From Octopus vulgaris (Eukaryota), in assembly GCA_951406725.2 (NCBI GenBank), contig OX597816.1, positions 134,106,001 to 134,170,000 on the forward strand: 64,000 nt of DNA, given 5' to 3'. Both the position numbers and the translations under genes were made by a program. This document shows positions 37,840 to 50,980 of this stretch, one piece after another. The notes beneath the pieces are model-generated. The model was given only the letters and a program-made list of their open reading frames with translations, was not told the origin of the DNA and searched no databases. The number at the start of each line of letters is the position of its first letter. The first letter of the stretch is position 1.

Positions 37840-38470
37840 CATCATCATTGTTTAACGTCTGTTTTCCATGCTGGCATGGGTTGAACGGTTTGACTGAGGT
37901 CTGGAGTTCCAGTGGCTGCACCAGGCTCCAATCTGATCTGGCAATATTACTACAGCTGCATGCACTTCCTAACGCCAATCAGTCCAAGAGTGTAGTGGCT
38001 GTTTTTCACATGCCACCGGCACAGGAGCCAGTCAGGTAGGCCTGGCATCAATCAAGTTTGGATAGTGCCTTTTACGTGCCACCAGCACAGGGACCAGTCA
38101 GTGGGTACTGGCATCAGCAATGTTTGGATGGTGCCTTTTTACATGCCACTGGCATGGGAGTCAGTCAGGCAGACCTGGCATTGACCACATTTGGTTGGTG
38201 CTTTTTACGTACCACCAGCACGGGAGCCAGTCAGCGGGCACTGGCCACAGCTATAATATTGGTTTTACTTGACTCAACAGGTCTTCTCAAGCATATCATA
38301 TCACCTGACGCATCAGGGGTACTCTTAACTGGGCCGGACATGCGTGGCTGCAATCTCACTTTAGTTGCCAGGTCTTTTCAATCACAGCATATCACCAAAG
38401 GTCTAGGTCTCCTGTCATTGCCTCTGTGAGGCCCAATGTTCAAAGGTCAAGCTTCACCACCTCATCCCAT
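37840..38470 (-). mobile_element. RTE LINE 3' end / RTE-derived SINE with (ATG)n tail
   Basis: CATCATCAT..TTTAACGTC(T/C)GTTTTCCATGCTGGCATGGGTTG tail and internal GGTGCTTTTTACGTGCCACC repeats, homologous to 61040-61660. Confidence 0.85.
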
Positions 38471-39836
38471 AACTATACACCAACGCACACACACAAATAT
38501 ACATACACACATATATGTGTGTTCATCTTACTGATCCCTTGTCTTACTTGGAAAAAGGTCAGGGTTGACAACAGGAAGGGTATCTGGCCATAGAAAATCC
38601 ATCTTAGCAAAATTTCATCCAACCCATGCAAACATCGAAAAATGAATGTTAAAATAATGTTGATGGTGATGATGAACATGACTAAGGAATGAAAATGGTT
38701 TTCACCATTACTATGAATACTTGGAAATCCTTCCCTCTTTTATATTGGTTTCAAATTTTGGAACACGGCCAGCAATATTGGGGGAGCCCAATACTCAGCT
38801 GATACTTATTTTATTAACCCAAAACGATGAAAGGCAAAGTTGACCTCAACAGAATTTCAACTCCGAACATAAATTTGAACTCCTCCCTTTTTTACATCAA
38901 AAAAATTGCTCTCATTTTCATAGAATAATTCAAATTTTGATATTTCTGATAAAAAATATTGTTTGGACTTCTGTTTACTTCAATATCTAAAATTAGTTGT
39001 TTACAATTCTGAAATAGCTATTAACTTAGATAATCAGAAATTATTGATTTTTTACTCCAAAACTGAAATTTTTGTTATCTCACTTTGAAATATAAGCAAA
39101 GAAAATAAGGTTTTGGGAATGGTTGGCAGCCAATTTAATGTAGCTGATAATGATGTTTGTCATATGAGAAAGAAATCAGATATAATTCAATGAATTTTGA
39201 TAATTTAATTGATAACAAACACTTTGATAATTTAATAATGCTTCACAACATCCATGTCTTTATTAAAACAAAGTTCAACTCAATAGCTCACAATACCCTG
39301 GAAGTTCCTTTTTAAATCATACAGCTCTAAACAACCATTTATTTTCTATATGACACACACACATACACAGAGAAATGTAATGGGTATCTGCTTTGTTATC
39401 TGCTTTGTTATCTGCTTCTATATGGAATAATCTTGAGTTTTCAAATCAGATTCATCTTGATCAAGTAGTTGTATATCATAACTCTGAAATTCATAGAATT
39501 CCTTTTAAATATTTTATAGTAAGCTTTCACTTTGTTTTGTTTGAGTGAATTAAATGTGATTTTAGAAAATATGCATGTTTCTACCTCTGCATGTACACAG
39601 ACCTCTCAAAAGTGAATAGACACCATAATTTTTGAAAGATTTATTTCTAGTAAACAAAGTAATGCCATTTGATGCATTTGAATACATAAATTTATTATTT
39701 AATAGACATGCCTTATGCATAATACATTGACAAGTTTGAAGCACCAAAAAGTGTCTTCACAGATAAAACGGAATAATGAAGGGTGTCTATTGACTTTTGA
39801 GATGTTTTTATATATGTGTATGTGTGTGTGTGTGCA

Positions 39837-39867
<31 letters not shown>

Positions 39868-40096
39868 ATGTATGTTTCATTAGCAGAATTCATTTTAAAA
39901 GTTCTATTGCCAGTCAACCAGCTACTATGCAGAATAGAGATTATATAAAAATGCTCCACATTTCTGCCTCATAAAGAGGCTTCCAAAATACATCTTTCCC
40001 CAAAACTAAATAAATAACCAAAAATCCATCACAATTTATAATTCTGAAAAATGATATATTTACCATCATTGTTCTTGATCCATGCGTTGTTTAAAT

Positions 40097-40239
40097 CTAT
40101 GTTCTGTAGCTTCTTCTCTGTATGCCATCTGTGATCATTTGTCGTTTGGGATTTCTATTAATTGGTTTGTACCATGGTCTATCTATACCAGTTTTCAGTG
40201 TACGCTGTTGCCATTCTTTACAAAAGTTTGTCATGTCAC
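40097..40239 (-). CDS. MLF: MLF homologue, last coding exon (TAG stop at 40099-40097)
   Basis: catAG acceptor at 40241-40240, phase 1 matching the previous exon. GDMTNFCKEWQQRTLKTGIDRPWYKPINRNPKRQMITDGIQRRSYRT* aligns with MLF1 SDAHAFDEEWQ. Confidence 0.9.
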
Positions 40240-42001
40240 CTATGAATGGAAAGAATATATAATGAAAAAGTAATTTTTAAATGGTTGCCAAAGGACATAA
40301 GGTTTAGGTAGAAGCCCTTTCACTTTGTGAAGAGGTAGCAAAAGAACTCAACTGAGCTTACATTGATGCTGAGTCCTAGAAGATCAACAGTCAGGATCAC
40401 CAAGATCTACCAAGAGAATAACTGCAACACAGCCATAGGGGTGGCACCCATGGTTGTATAATCAGCTAATGATTCACTATGACTCAAGTTCCCAGTCCAA
40501 ATTCATAATAATGGAATTGGATGGCAATAGAGATTCATGGCAATCTGTAAAAGCAGTGTGACCAAGAAGAAGAAGCACTTTATTTCATAGCTTAGGTCAG
40601 TAGACTCTGTGGCAATTTTAATCTTCACATTCAACAAGTTGTAATTTCTTGTGACCATAGATATTGTAATAGAAACATCCTTAAAAGTTTAGTTTCAAAC
40701 ATTAATTGTGAAATAACACTAATTTTAAATAGTAACTATTAATTAAAAGTACCATGAATAATTTATCTTGCAACACCCTACTGAAAAAGTACACAAGGTT
40801 GTTCACAAAATTAGTCCAAGCTGGATTCACTGATTGAAGGTTAGCATTCAGTATTAATCATTAACTAGCAGAACCTGTGGAAATTCCATAGTGTAAGTCA
40901 GCATATTTGCTTAATGGTATTTCATCCATTTTCACATTCTGAGTTCAAATTCTCATTTTCACTTAGTCTAACTTGGGATGGTGTGGATATAATTCACTTA
41001 AAGGTCCTACAACTTGGTGGTTCAATGGGTGAATTCCAGTGAGACAAAGTACTTTGACTAAAAACAAAGGTTTGCACCAAGAAGAGAATCCAGCCTAAAA
41101 TACTAATCTCACACCCACAAACCTTGTCCAGCCTATGCAAACATGGAAAAGGAAACAAACAATGATGGACTGATTATATATTGCGTTAAGGATATTTCTG
41201 ATAGTTATAGTAATGGTTTTTCAGTGAACACAATTTCAGTTAAATATATAAAATATTACATTCATATATTTGTTTTGCAAGATTCCTGATGTAAAATCGT
41301 GTGTAGAATGTTGAAACAAATATTGTTATATTTGGGGGATGGTCATTTATTTTTTACTTTTTCTTCTTTTTGTTTTACCAAGTAAAAACGTGCACTATCT
41401 ACTTGTTCTTCACTTCAGCTTTATTATTGTTCTTATTTTAGTGTTCTTTGTCTGAAATCTTTTCTTTCTCTATCCCACGTCTTTTCCAGTCCTGTTTCGT
41501 TCAGTCTGGACTAAACAGGATAAGAGGAGACACGTGGGATGGAGAGTTGTTGATGAGGTCACAGGATGTGTGATGAAAGATTTCTGACAAAGGACACTAA
41601 AATAAGAACAATTATAAAGATGAAGTGAGGAACAAGTATATAGTGTGTTTACTTGGCAAAAAAAAAATGTCCATCCCAAAATATAACAATATTTCATAAA
41701 TATAATTTTTATATTAAAAAAAAAGTCAAAAAATAGATGCTGTTTTACAAGTAGTACAACAAATTTATCTAGCATGAAAAAAAAAAACAATGTAAAATTA
41801 TCAACATGATAGCAGATATCTAAAAAATTTAATGAGCAACCTTAAAAACTTTTCCAGAAAATAATTATTAAAATTCTCAAAAACAATGGAGACGTTTATA
41901 TGCCATGCAACTGTTATTCATATAGGTTGAACAAGAGTTGCGAGGGGCACAAATATATAAATAAGAAATAGTTTTTTGCAACATTCCTCAAAACTACTTA
42001 C

Positions 42002-42158
42002 CTTCATCCATATTAATATAATGGTTGTTTCTTTCCATTAAGCCTGTTGTATTTCTGCTTCTTTCTTCTACGAATGCTCTCTCCTTGATATGTCGTCCAA
42101 CAGCCATTTTATCATATCCCCTTTCAGAATCCCGAACAAATTTATATGTTTGTTTCAG
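42002..42158 (-). CDS. MLF: MLF homologue, coding exon (157 bp; absent from the ORF track)
   Basis: ttttAG acceptor at 42160-42159, GTAAGT donor at 42001-41996. LKQTYKFVRDSERGYDKMAVGRHIKERAFVEERSRNTTGLMERNNHYINMDE matches MLF1 [36 protein letters not shown]...FINMNE. Confidence 0.95.
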
Positions 42159-44764
42159 CTAAAATAGCAATAGACAAAAGCATCCATAAGCCTAGTTAAA
42201 TTTTACAGATTTCTATTATTTATAGATGTCAATTATTTAATAGTATAACATTTTATAAAGACAATGTTGTTGCTTAGCCTTTGGCTAGGCCTACTTCAGT
42301 AGACCTATGAATCATAAGTAATGAAGCTGTGATCAACCTGTCTTCTTTTTAAGGTATAACATATACTAGACACACACACATTTCCTTCTATTTTCAAGAC
42401 AGATGGATGTGATTTGAAGTAGATTTGGCTATTGTTTCTAACAAGTTGAGCAACTGGATAGAGACTCAGTCTTAGGATCATGTAGGTTCACTTTTTATAT
42501 GAAAAAAAAACTTTTAGAGGCAGTTAAGCATTAACAATGTAAATTACTTATTTAGATATTAAAAAAAATCTTTTCAACTAAAATTAAATCAGATTAGCCA
42601 CATATTATTGTACTTAGGTTGTTTCATTTCTAATATCTCAACCACATCTTTTCAGACAGCTTTCTTTAAATATGCAGCTCTTCTAAAAATAATATGACGT
42701 AAGCTGTCAGTACTGGGGGGGAAGGAGTAAATTCTTGCACGCAAGTTCTTCCAATACATTAATTAAAGGCTGCTAAAGGTTGCCAGATTTAATTAGAGTT
42801 TGGGATTATTCCAGTCACTTGAACACCACTTAACAAAACACAATGTGCAATTGTAGTTACATATGCACAAAAGGTAGTTACAAAAGTAATGGTTTGCTAG
42901 ACCAAATGACTCTAGATAATAATTGGATTACACTGAGAGGCTCTTTAAACATTTTTTTTAACTATCTTCAGTTGTAGGTATAACCTAATTAAGTAATACA
43001 GGTTTCTACTTTTCCATATATGCTAATGAGCAATAACGGTAAAACACTTCATGTACTGTATATAATTTATGATATATTTTTTTATGAAGTTGATTGTTAT
43101 GGCCTATATGGCTAAGTGCTTTATAGTTGCAAAACCAACAGTCACTCTCTGAGCAGCCATAACAATCAGCTTCTTAAAAAATATATTACTGCTCTGTTTT
43201 AGAATGTGCTTCTTTTTCAAATATATGAGCTATTGATGATTTAATTTATGATATATATAGAACCTACTATTGCAAAAGTTACGAACAAAGTGTAGTAACA
43301 TTTCCTGGTATCTTCTACTACAATAAACTCCATATATTTACTTTCAATTATTTAGAGTTATTTACTGTTTCTTTTTCTTTTAACTTTAATGAGTAGAACA
43401 TTGAGAAATGAATTAAGAACCAAACTGAAGGAAGGAAAATATAAGTTATTAATTTCTTTTCTAGTAACTTAACAACCACAGAAACAGCCTTAAAATTACA
43501 AGTGTTTGACATTTGTATGTGCATCTGCACACAATGTTATGATGGTTATTAACAAGATCAAACATGAAACTAGCTGCTGTCTCTGTATGATTTTAATGGA
43601 CAAGTAGGCACAAAAAAGGTCACCACAAGGTTTATATGTGAATGAGCCTCCTCAATCTCTGAAGGCCCCTTTAACTGAAGTCCTAACATTTATACTTTAG
43701 CAAACCAAGGATAGCTATAGAATGATTTAAATATCATACTATAAACTAATCAACTACTTGTTAATGAAAAGGTATAATCAATACTATAACAATGGGTTTC
43801 TGTGGTTCTAATTCACAGTTATGTAAAACTAACAGAGTTCATTGTTCGCCTAAGCACATGTAGTGGAATATAAAACATTTCACCAAAGAAGCTGATTCTT
43901 TATCAACTCAACCAGAAAGATACTTCATCATCATCAATATTGTTTAATTATTCAGTTTTGCTTTATGCAGTGTTGGATGGATCAGCAACTGAGCAGTTTG
44001 TCATGTTTCTCAATTTTTTTTTTTAATCATTTCATTTGTGAAGCCTAATAGTCTAAAATTTAACCTAATCATTTACTTGTAAATCTTCCTTGATATATTT
44101 TTTACTATATAACCTCATGTGATGATAAGTTTTCAGTTTTCTACTCAGAAGGCTTCATCAATTTCTATTACATAACCAAGCTAGTATATGCCATCTATTC
44201 TGCAGATGTCAAATAATTTCCTTATATACTCAATTATTTTGTCAACACATATAAATTCAATTTTCCTTGTAAATTAATGACCATATTCACTCGACAATAC
44301 TCAGCTATTTCCTTGCCAACCATTGCAGATCTACTCCATTGATCTATCTTTCATGTTACCATTTAACATTAAAACACTACATAAGTATGGAGTGAAGGTG
44401 TGCATGTGTGTATATATGATGATGAGTAAAAACAAGAAATAAAGGAAAGGGTCTTTGATGTTTCAGATGTTAGGCTTTCATCAGAGGATGAAAGGTGGAA
44501 GAAAGGAGGGAAGAGGAAAAAATGTTGCCCTATGGAGAGAAGTTAGGAAGAGGTAGAATACTGTTTACATGTATAGGAAGGTACAGTTAGCTAGTAATGA
44601 GTGGAAATGTGCATGAGAGTAATACATGAAAAAATACATGAGAACAGTACATGAGAAAAAAATACAATAATATAGAAACAGGTGCGAGATTAGGGGTAAA
44701 GTCAGGAAGTCAATGTGTGTGTGTGTGTGTGCGCACGTGCATGTGAGTGTAAAAATATACTTAC

Positions 44765-44893
44765 ACCTCCTGGTGCTGTGGTAACAGATTGCGTTGCTTC
44801 ATATGTCTTTGGAGCATTATTACCAATTTTAGAATAAGTTTTAAATGAAGAATGTGAAAAATGGTGCCCATTTGGGTCAATTTTATTGCTCTG
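44765..44893 (-). CDS. MLF: MLF homologue, coding exon (129 bp)
   Basis: Polypyrimidine tract plus CAG acceptor, GTAAGT donor at 44764-44759. QSNKIDPNGHHFSHSSFKTYSKIGNNAPKTYEATQSVTTAPGG closely matches recalled human MLF1 DPNGHSFCSSSVMTYSKIGDEPPKVFQASTQTRRAPGG. Confidence 0.95.
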
Positions 44894-45876
44894 CTGAAAA
44901 AAAGAAAGAAAGAAAAACAATAATAATAATACCATATCATTATTTATAGTTTGGCAGAAGTTAGAAGTGGTAGTTTATTGAATTCATAGTTATTACAACC
45001 AATAATTCATATAATTTAAATTTGAAAATAATTTTTTTCTTCACATATTTCTAACAGAGGCAGTGTAGTCAAACTTTTAATGATGAACCTACCTACCAAA
45101 AAAAATCAATAGCTAGAGGTTCACTAAGGTTGAAACAGAAGTGGAAGCATATTTAAATTAATTTTCCTCTATGATGGTGCATTATTACAGCTGAAGTTCA
45201 TGTTTTTATTGAGAAATCATATCCGTACTACTTGTACCTTTCCAATATATAATTGACAATAACTATCATGGAATCATTATTGGCTATTCGTCAAGAGATT
45301 CATTTAAAGAAGAATATAATTTACATTTTTCAAACATTTTTGTAATAAATTCAGAAGATGGAAAAGATGAGGATTTGAACTGGATCATTTTATCCTGGTG
45401 AACTAAATAACATAAATACAAAGGTGTACTATTTTGCTCGGCATAATTGCTAAACAAAGAAAAAAAAACTACCTTACTTATGATTCTAAACAAATTATTG
45501 ATACCTTTTCCTATTTTCCATTTACAGCAATTTAAAGATAATCCAACTTTACAGCTAAGTGGAACCATTGTACTAATTATTCATATATATATGTATATCT
45601 TCATATCTATTAAACAAATCTTAAGTCTCAATTTATGTAACACCCAAATCTATTATGTGATATACAAAACTTTTGAAAGTTATAGCAATGTTTTATCCAA
45701 ATAGAAATACCAGAAAAATGACTATTTTCTGTTTTTTCAAACCAAGATTACTCACACACACACACACACACGTGTGTGTGTCTAGTGTTTATAATAGTTT
45801 ATGACATTTATATTCTCTCCAACATCACACTCTATGACAGAAAACCTATGTACTCAGAGAATTAGAGACACTGACT

Positions 45877-45915
<39 letters not shown>

Positions 45916-45917
<2 letters not shown>

Positions 45918-46174
45918 AGGTGACCCAAAAGTAGGTTTACAGTTATTCAACTCTTTTGCATTCAGCGGAAAACGGACGTTAAACGATGATGATGATGATA
46001 TTAACAGTTTAGACCTTAGTTATAAAATAATACAAAACCATTATTCTATGCTAATTTAATTTTGTCAAGCTCCTTTTTCAGTTTGTAAGATAGAAATTTA
46101 AATGTAATAAAATGTTTTAGAAAAAATTTAAAGTGCCTACATGATAACTGTAAACCTACTTTTGGGCCACCCTG
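45916..46174. mobile_element. Tc1/mariner-type MITE with a nested RTE 3' tail
   Basis: TIRs CAAGGTGACCCAAAAGTAGGTTTACAGTTAT / ATAACTGTAAACCTACTTTTGGGCCACCCTG with TA flanks. GGAAAACGGACGTTAAACGATGATGATG lies inside at about 45965-46000. Confidence 0.85.
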
Positions 46175-46339
46175 TATATATATATATATTCAAGCATTAT
46201 TTTCCTTTTGGCTTACTGGGCCTGCAGTTGAGCAACATTATTTTTATATTTGTGGAGCTGATAATGTGCAAGAGCAATCTGCCCGCAAGCAAACATTCTC
46301 ACAAATCCTTTTCTCAGATGTTGAAAGCTGCTCCCCAAC

Positions 46340-48330
46340 ACTACTCTTCCCACCCAATCCACATCCTTCGGGTAGTCACAATCAATGTAGGCACATAGAA
46401 AGATAGGCCTGATGAGCTTGTTGAAATGCTACAATGGAGGCATATAGGTGTGTGTTGCATGCAAGAAGGTGTAAGGGAGCTACAGCCAAAGAACATAGGT
46501 ATAAAATCTTCTGGGAAGTCAATAGTGATAGTGTGAGGTGGGACATGCTTTTAACAGAGAAATGAGTGGATAAAATGATCAAGGCAGTCATAGTGTGCAA
46601 CAAGATACTTGAGCTTAGACTAGTTTTGGAAAATATGATTTATCAATCAGGACTGCTGGATGAACAAAAAGATTGTTTTTATGATGCCCTTTTGTAGACT
46701 ACCTTAAAGAAAAATGACAGTACCATAACTTTGTGGTTAGTGACTTCAATGGAATTGTTTACTAGTATCCTGGTGGATTCCATGGTGTGTATGGAAGCTA
46801 TGGAATTTGATCTCAAAAAGAGGAGAGAACAAGGCTCTTGGAAATGTGTGATGCAAATGACCTAATGATCTGCAACACTAACTTCAGGAAGCAGAATAGA
46901 CAGAGGCTTGCAAATCAATGTCCTTCCCAGAAGAAGGGGTTAGTGACTTCAGACTTAAGGCTAGAAGAATTCAGAGACAGGAGCTAATCTGGAAAAGGAA
47001 GATATGGAAGCTTAAAGATTCATTGAATAGTTAGAGATATAAAGAAGTCCTAATTGAAGTCTATGATGATGAGAAGAGCAGACAGAGACATGTAAGATAG
47101 AGGAAAACTTGAAATTCTTAGAGAACAGCTTATTGAAGGCTACAGACTAAATCTGTGGTGGATGCACAGTTCCAGCTAGACAAAGGGTAACATAGTAGTG
47201 AAACAGTGAAGTAGACAGAACCATAAAAGTAAACAGACAGGTTTAGAAGGATTGGAAGAATGTGGGTAGCAGAGAATTTCATGAGATAGCTGCTAGAGAA
47301 GTAGAAAGAAAGAGGAAATGCTCTGCAGTTTGAAGACCACAATCATGAGTAGTTCAAATTTACAAGACAATGTATAAGAAAACAAATCAAGATGTTATGG
47401 GAGGGAAGTGTGTACAGATGGACTATGGTATACTTGCACTTAGTAACACTGAAAAGAAAGAGGCAATGAAGTACAACTACAAAAGGCTACTAAATGTGGA
47501 GAATGCATGGGAGAAAGTGAGTCTTCCAAGTGTGAGGGACTAGTCAGCAGTATCGTAGACAGTAGTATGATAGATAAAGCAATTAAGGATATAAAAACAA
47601 ATAAAGCCTTTCCGTCTGTCAGAAATTACCACTGAGATGCTAAAAATATCTGGTGGATTGGGATATGACCTAGTCACCTATTTAGATAATCAGATTGTAT
47701 GGGAAGATACCTCACCTAACAATAGGTGTAACAGCCTTTACAATTGTAGAGGAGATATCTTAGAGAGAAGTAATTTCTTGGGTATGAAATTGCTGGACTA
47801 GGTCTTAAAAATTACAAAAAGACTATCTTCTTAATTAGTTCAACTAATTAGAAAGATAGGTAGCCTAAATGAGATGCAGTTTCGTTTTGTGTCAGGGAGA
47901 AGTACCAACGATGCTCTCTTCCTTGTAAGGCAAATTCAGGAGAAGTATTCAAGCAAGAGTAAACCATTGAACTTGGCTTCCATCAATCTGGAGAAAGCCT
48001 TCAAGAAGGTCTTAGCTCCCTGATCTGATGGTCATTGTGGGAGCTAGGAGTAGATGAATGGCTGGTGAGAGCTATCCAAGTCATGTACAAGGGTTAATGA
48101 GGTGAGAGTAGCAATGAGTACAGTGATGAATTTAGTGTGCAAGTAGTAGCTCACCAGGGCTCAGCTCTCAGTCTCCACCTATTCATCATTGTCCTTCAGG
48201 TCATAACAGAGGAGTTTAAGATGATTTATCATTAGAACTCCTCTACATGGATGACCTTGCTCTTACAGTTGAATATGTAACAGACTCAGAAAAGAAGTTC
48301 CAGGTATGGAAGCAGAAGTTAATATAGAGA
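46340..48330 (+). mobile_element. Degenerate RTE LINE (APE endonuclease plus RT) in MLF intron
   Basis: INVGT, VCCMQE, SDFNG, DLMICNTNFRK, STNDALFLVRQIQEKY, NLEKAF, HQGSALS and ELLYMDDLAL. Confidence 0.9.
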
Positions 48331-48422
48331 GTGAAAAATAGCTGTATGTATCTACTTGCTCCTACACACACACATATAACTTTTAATTTACTTACACCTA
48401 CCAATATACATATATATACATA

Positions 48423-49080
48423 TATAATAGAGGGTACATGAAGCACCAGCAGGTGCTTCATGTACTCTCAATTATAATTATGAATTTATTATATAGCTGT
48501 TTAATGCTAATATCGCTTGCTACCACTAATGTTATTATTGTTGTCATTATCAATTATTTAGATGTGCCACTGATAATAACAAATAATAACATCTTTACGG
48601 GTATTCATTTGAATATTCACTAATTTTTATATAAATATATTATGCACTGAAATTGTTTTGAATTTGGTAAGGTGAGATTGCTTTTTCATTTTAGGTGTAG
48701 CAAGTCCTGCTGATAAGAATTAAGGCACTAGCCAGAATTTGAAATCACAATTCAGATATATATGTTACCTCATTCTACAGCTTTTTAGCTGAAGTAGTAT
48801 TGTAAATTCTGCTTGTTTGCCTGATTTCTGTTGGTCCGTTGCATATTTTCAGTGAGATTGGTGGATAAGCTGGGGATTTTGACTCTGCATTTTATCAAGC
48901 TGGTGTTTCATGTACCCTCTATTATGATTATGAATTTATTGTATAGCTGTTTAATGCTAATATCGCTTGCTACCACCAATGTTATTGTTGTTGTCATAAT
49001 CAATTATTTAGATATGCTGCTGATAATAACAATAAAAATAACATCTTTATGAGTATTCATTTGAATATTTACTCATTTAT
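48423..49080 (-). mobile_element. Probable truncated Penelope-like element: ~190-bp direct repeats with a terminal inversion
   Basis: Direct repeats at about 48450-48630 and 48900-49080, a 25-bp inverted arm at 48423-48447, and a spacer with a weak endonuclease-tail-like translation (FQILASA..LKMKK). Confidence 0.5.
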
Positions 49081-49647
49081 ATATATACATAACTACACAT
49101 ATATGAAAAGTAGTGCAAACCCAAATATATACCCTCACACATAATGAGGGTTCAATTAAGAAGGGTATTGCAATGAGCTTATTATTTGAATGAGTTGTCA
49201 AAGTGTCTTTATCCTCACCATTATGCCTTTCCTCTTCTTATATCTGTCTTCATGTGTGTTTCTCATTCTCTCTCTCTCTATTCCACTAACTGAGAGAGAG
49301 AGAGATGAATGAAAGAATGAAGGAGAAAGAAAATCACTGAATTTGCTGTCACACAAAGGTATTTTTAAATCTTTCTTTTAATGATGCTAACATTCATTCC
49401 CAACTTTCTGCATTTTGCTAATACAACTTCATTTCCACTGCCTTTCTCTGTCTCCCTTCTTAACAGTGTATAACGTGAAATTTGAAGGAAATTTGGTTGC
49501 TGTTCATTAAAATATATATATACAAAACTTCCTTGTGAGATAGTAAATAATATATATGGTTTTTGTGGGTTTCCATGTTATAATTCTCCAACACAAGGCA
49601 GATACACACACAGGTAACTCACATCTGTTCTCCATCCCTCTCTCTCA

Positions 49648-49686
<39 letters not shown>

Positions 49687-49749
49687 CTGTTGATATGCAC
49701 ACAAAAATACAAAACTTCAGACTTCCCTACCCATAAACTGACTGTCAGC

Positions 49750-50980
49750 ATTCAAAGAGCAAAGAAATAAAGCCACCAGTTCTTATCCATCACCACACTG
49801 TACAGCTCATAAGCTTTCTCACCTCACAAACTGCAGTAGCCCTTTTTAGTTCTTTGCCAAAAGGATCTCTATAGCTTTGTAAAAACTTCCTTTTCTCCAT
49901 TGCTCAAACATAGTGACTCTATTAGTAGTTCTTTTTCAGAGAAAGCCTCTGCAGACTGCTTTGCATACAACTTTACATTGCACACACTAGATAAATCTCC
50001 CTCTCAAACTATCCTTTTCTATTTTGCCTGGTTTACCTCTATATACATCTACATATGGCTTTAAAGCAAAAAAATTTAATGATTTGAAGTACTGACAACA
50101 TTCCTCCCAATGCAGAATGTACTAATAGATCCCTCTCTAAACTATGTTCTTCCTCTTATACATCAATGACCTCCTTGTTGTTAAGCTCCAAAACACCAAT
50201 TCTATTCAGATGAAACCAACTTTCACTCCTCTTTAATCTTCTGCATCTAAAAGCACAGTTACAGCCTGAATCATAAAAATATTAGTGCATCTTAGCCTAA
50301 ATTTTACCCCTAAACAAGAAAACATGCAATTAGGACCCCCATAATCACTTCAAATGTTAGCCCTCCAAGCAAATGCACATCTCCAACATAGCAAACATTG
50401 CATCACAAATGCTGACTTCCTCTTCAGAGTCAGGAAATAGTGCAACCCTTCCAAATTTACTAACCTTCTACATAGCTTAGGTCAGGTGGGATGGTGCTAC
50501 AGTTTTACATACATACACTCTAGAACAGTGGTTCCTAACCTATTTTATGCCCTGCACCCCTAAAAACTTTAACATGTTCTTGCACCCCTTAAAGTAATAA
50601 TTTATATAAAAATAAAGGTGTCCGGGGCAATTGCCCTCTTTGATCCCCTATAAATCCAGCTCTGCTCACACCCCCAAGGAGTGTGAGAACCCCTGGTTAG
50701 GAAACTATGCTCTAAAATAATATCCAAAGAAAAGCCATTTGATTGACATGAAATTGCTCACTCACACTTCAACTTCTGGTCCATAATGTGCTATATCTTC
50801 TTTCTGCTTTCTTGAAGCAAAAAAATTACAATGGCTACTGCACTTTAGAGCTAGCTAGTCATATGTTACCTTCACTCAGGCGCCTGCAATTCACTCACCT
50901 CCCTTCTTTCTCCTTCCATTACCTATTTTGGTCCACCAACACAAAGCCTACATTAACCATTGTACCTGGTTCCCTCCTAC
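49750..50980 (+). mobile_element. Highly degenerate CR1/L2-like LINE RT remnant
   Basis: FLLYINDL...YSDET at about 50150-50220. Interrupted by a MITE. Confidence 0.55.
50526..50709. mobile_element. hAT Charlie-like MITE
   Basis: CAGTGGTTCCTAACC...GGTTAGGAAACTATG with an 8-bp TSD CTCTAGAA/CTCTAAAA. Confidence 0.8.

Noticed and set aside
39295-39425. miR-9-like words (TCATACAGCT; CTTTGTTATCTGCT)
   Set aside because: No full mature miR-9 match and no hairpin. The second word is a 12-bp tandem repeat.
40091-40099. Stop-codon recoding (UAG>UIG editing or readthrough) of MLF
   Set aside because: An in-frame TAA follows two codons later, so any extension would be trivial.
46409-46430. CTGATGAGCTTGTTGAAA hammerhead-like core
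   Set aside because: Lies in the RTE endonuclease coding remnant (DELVEML) and has no stem II or stem I pairing.
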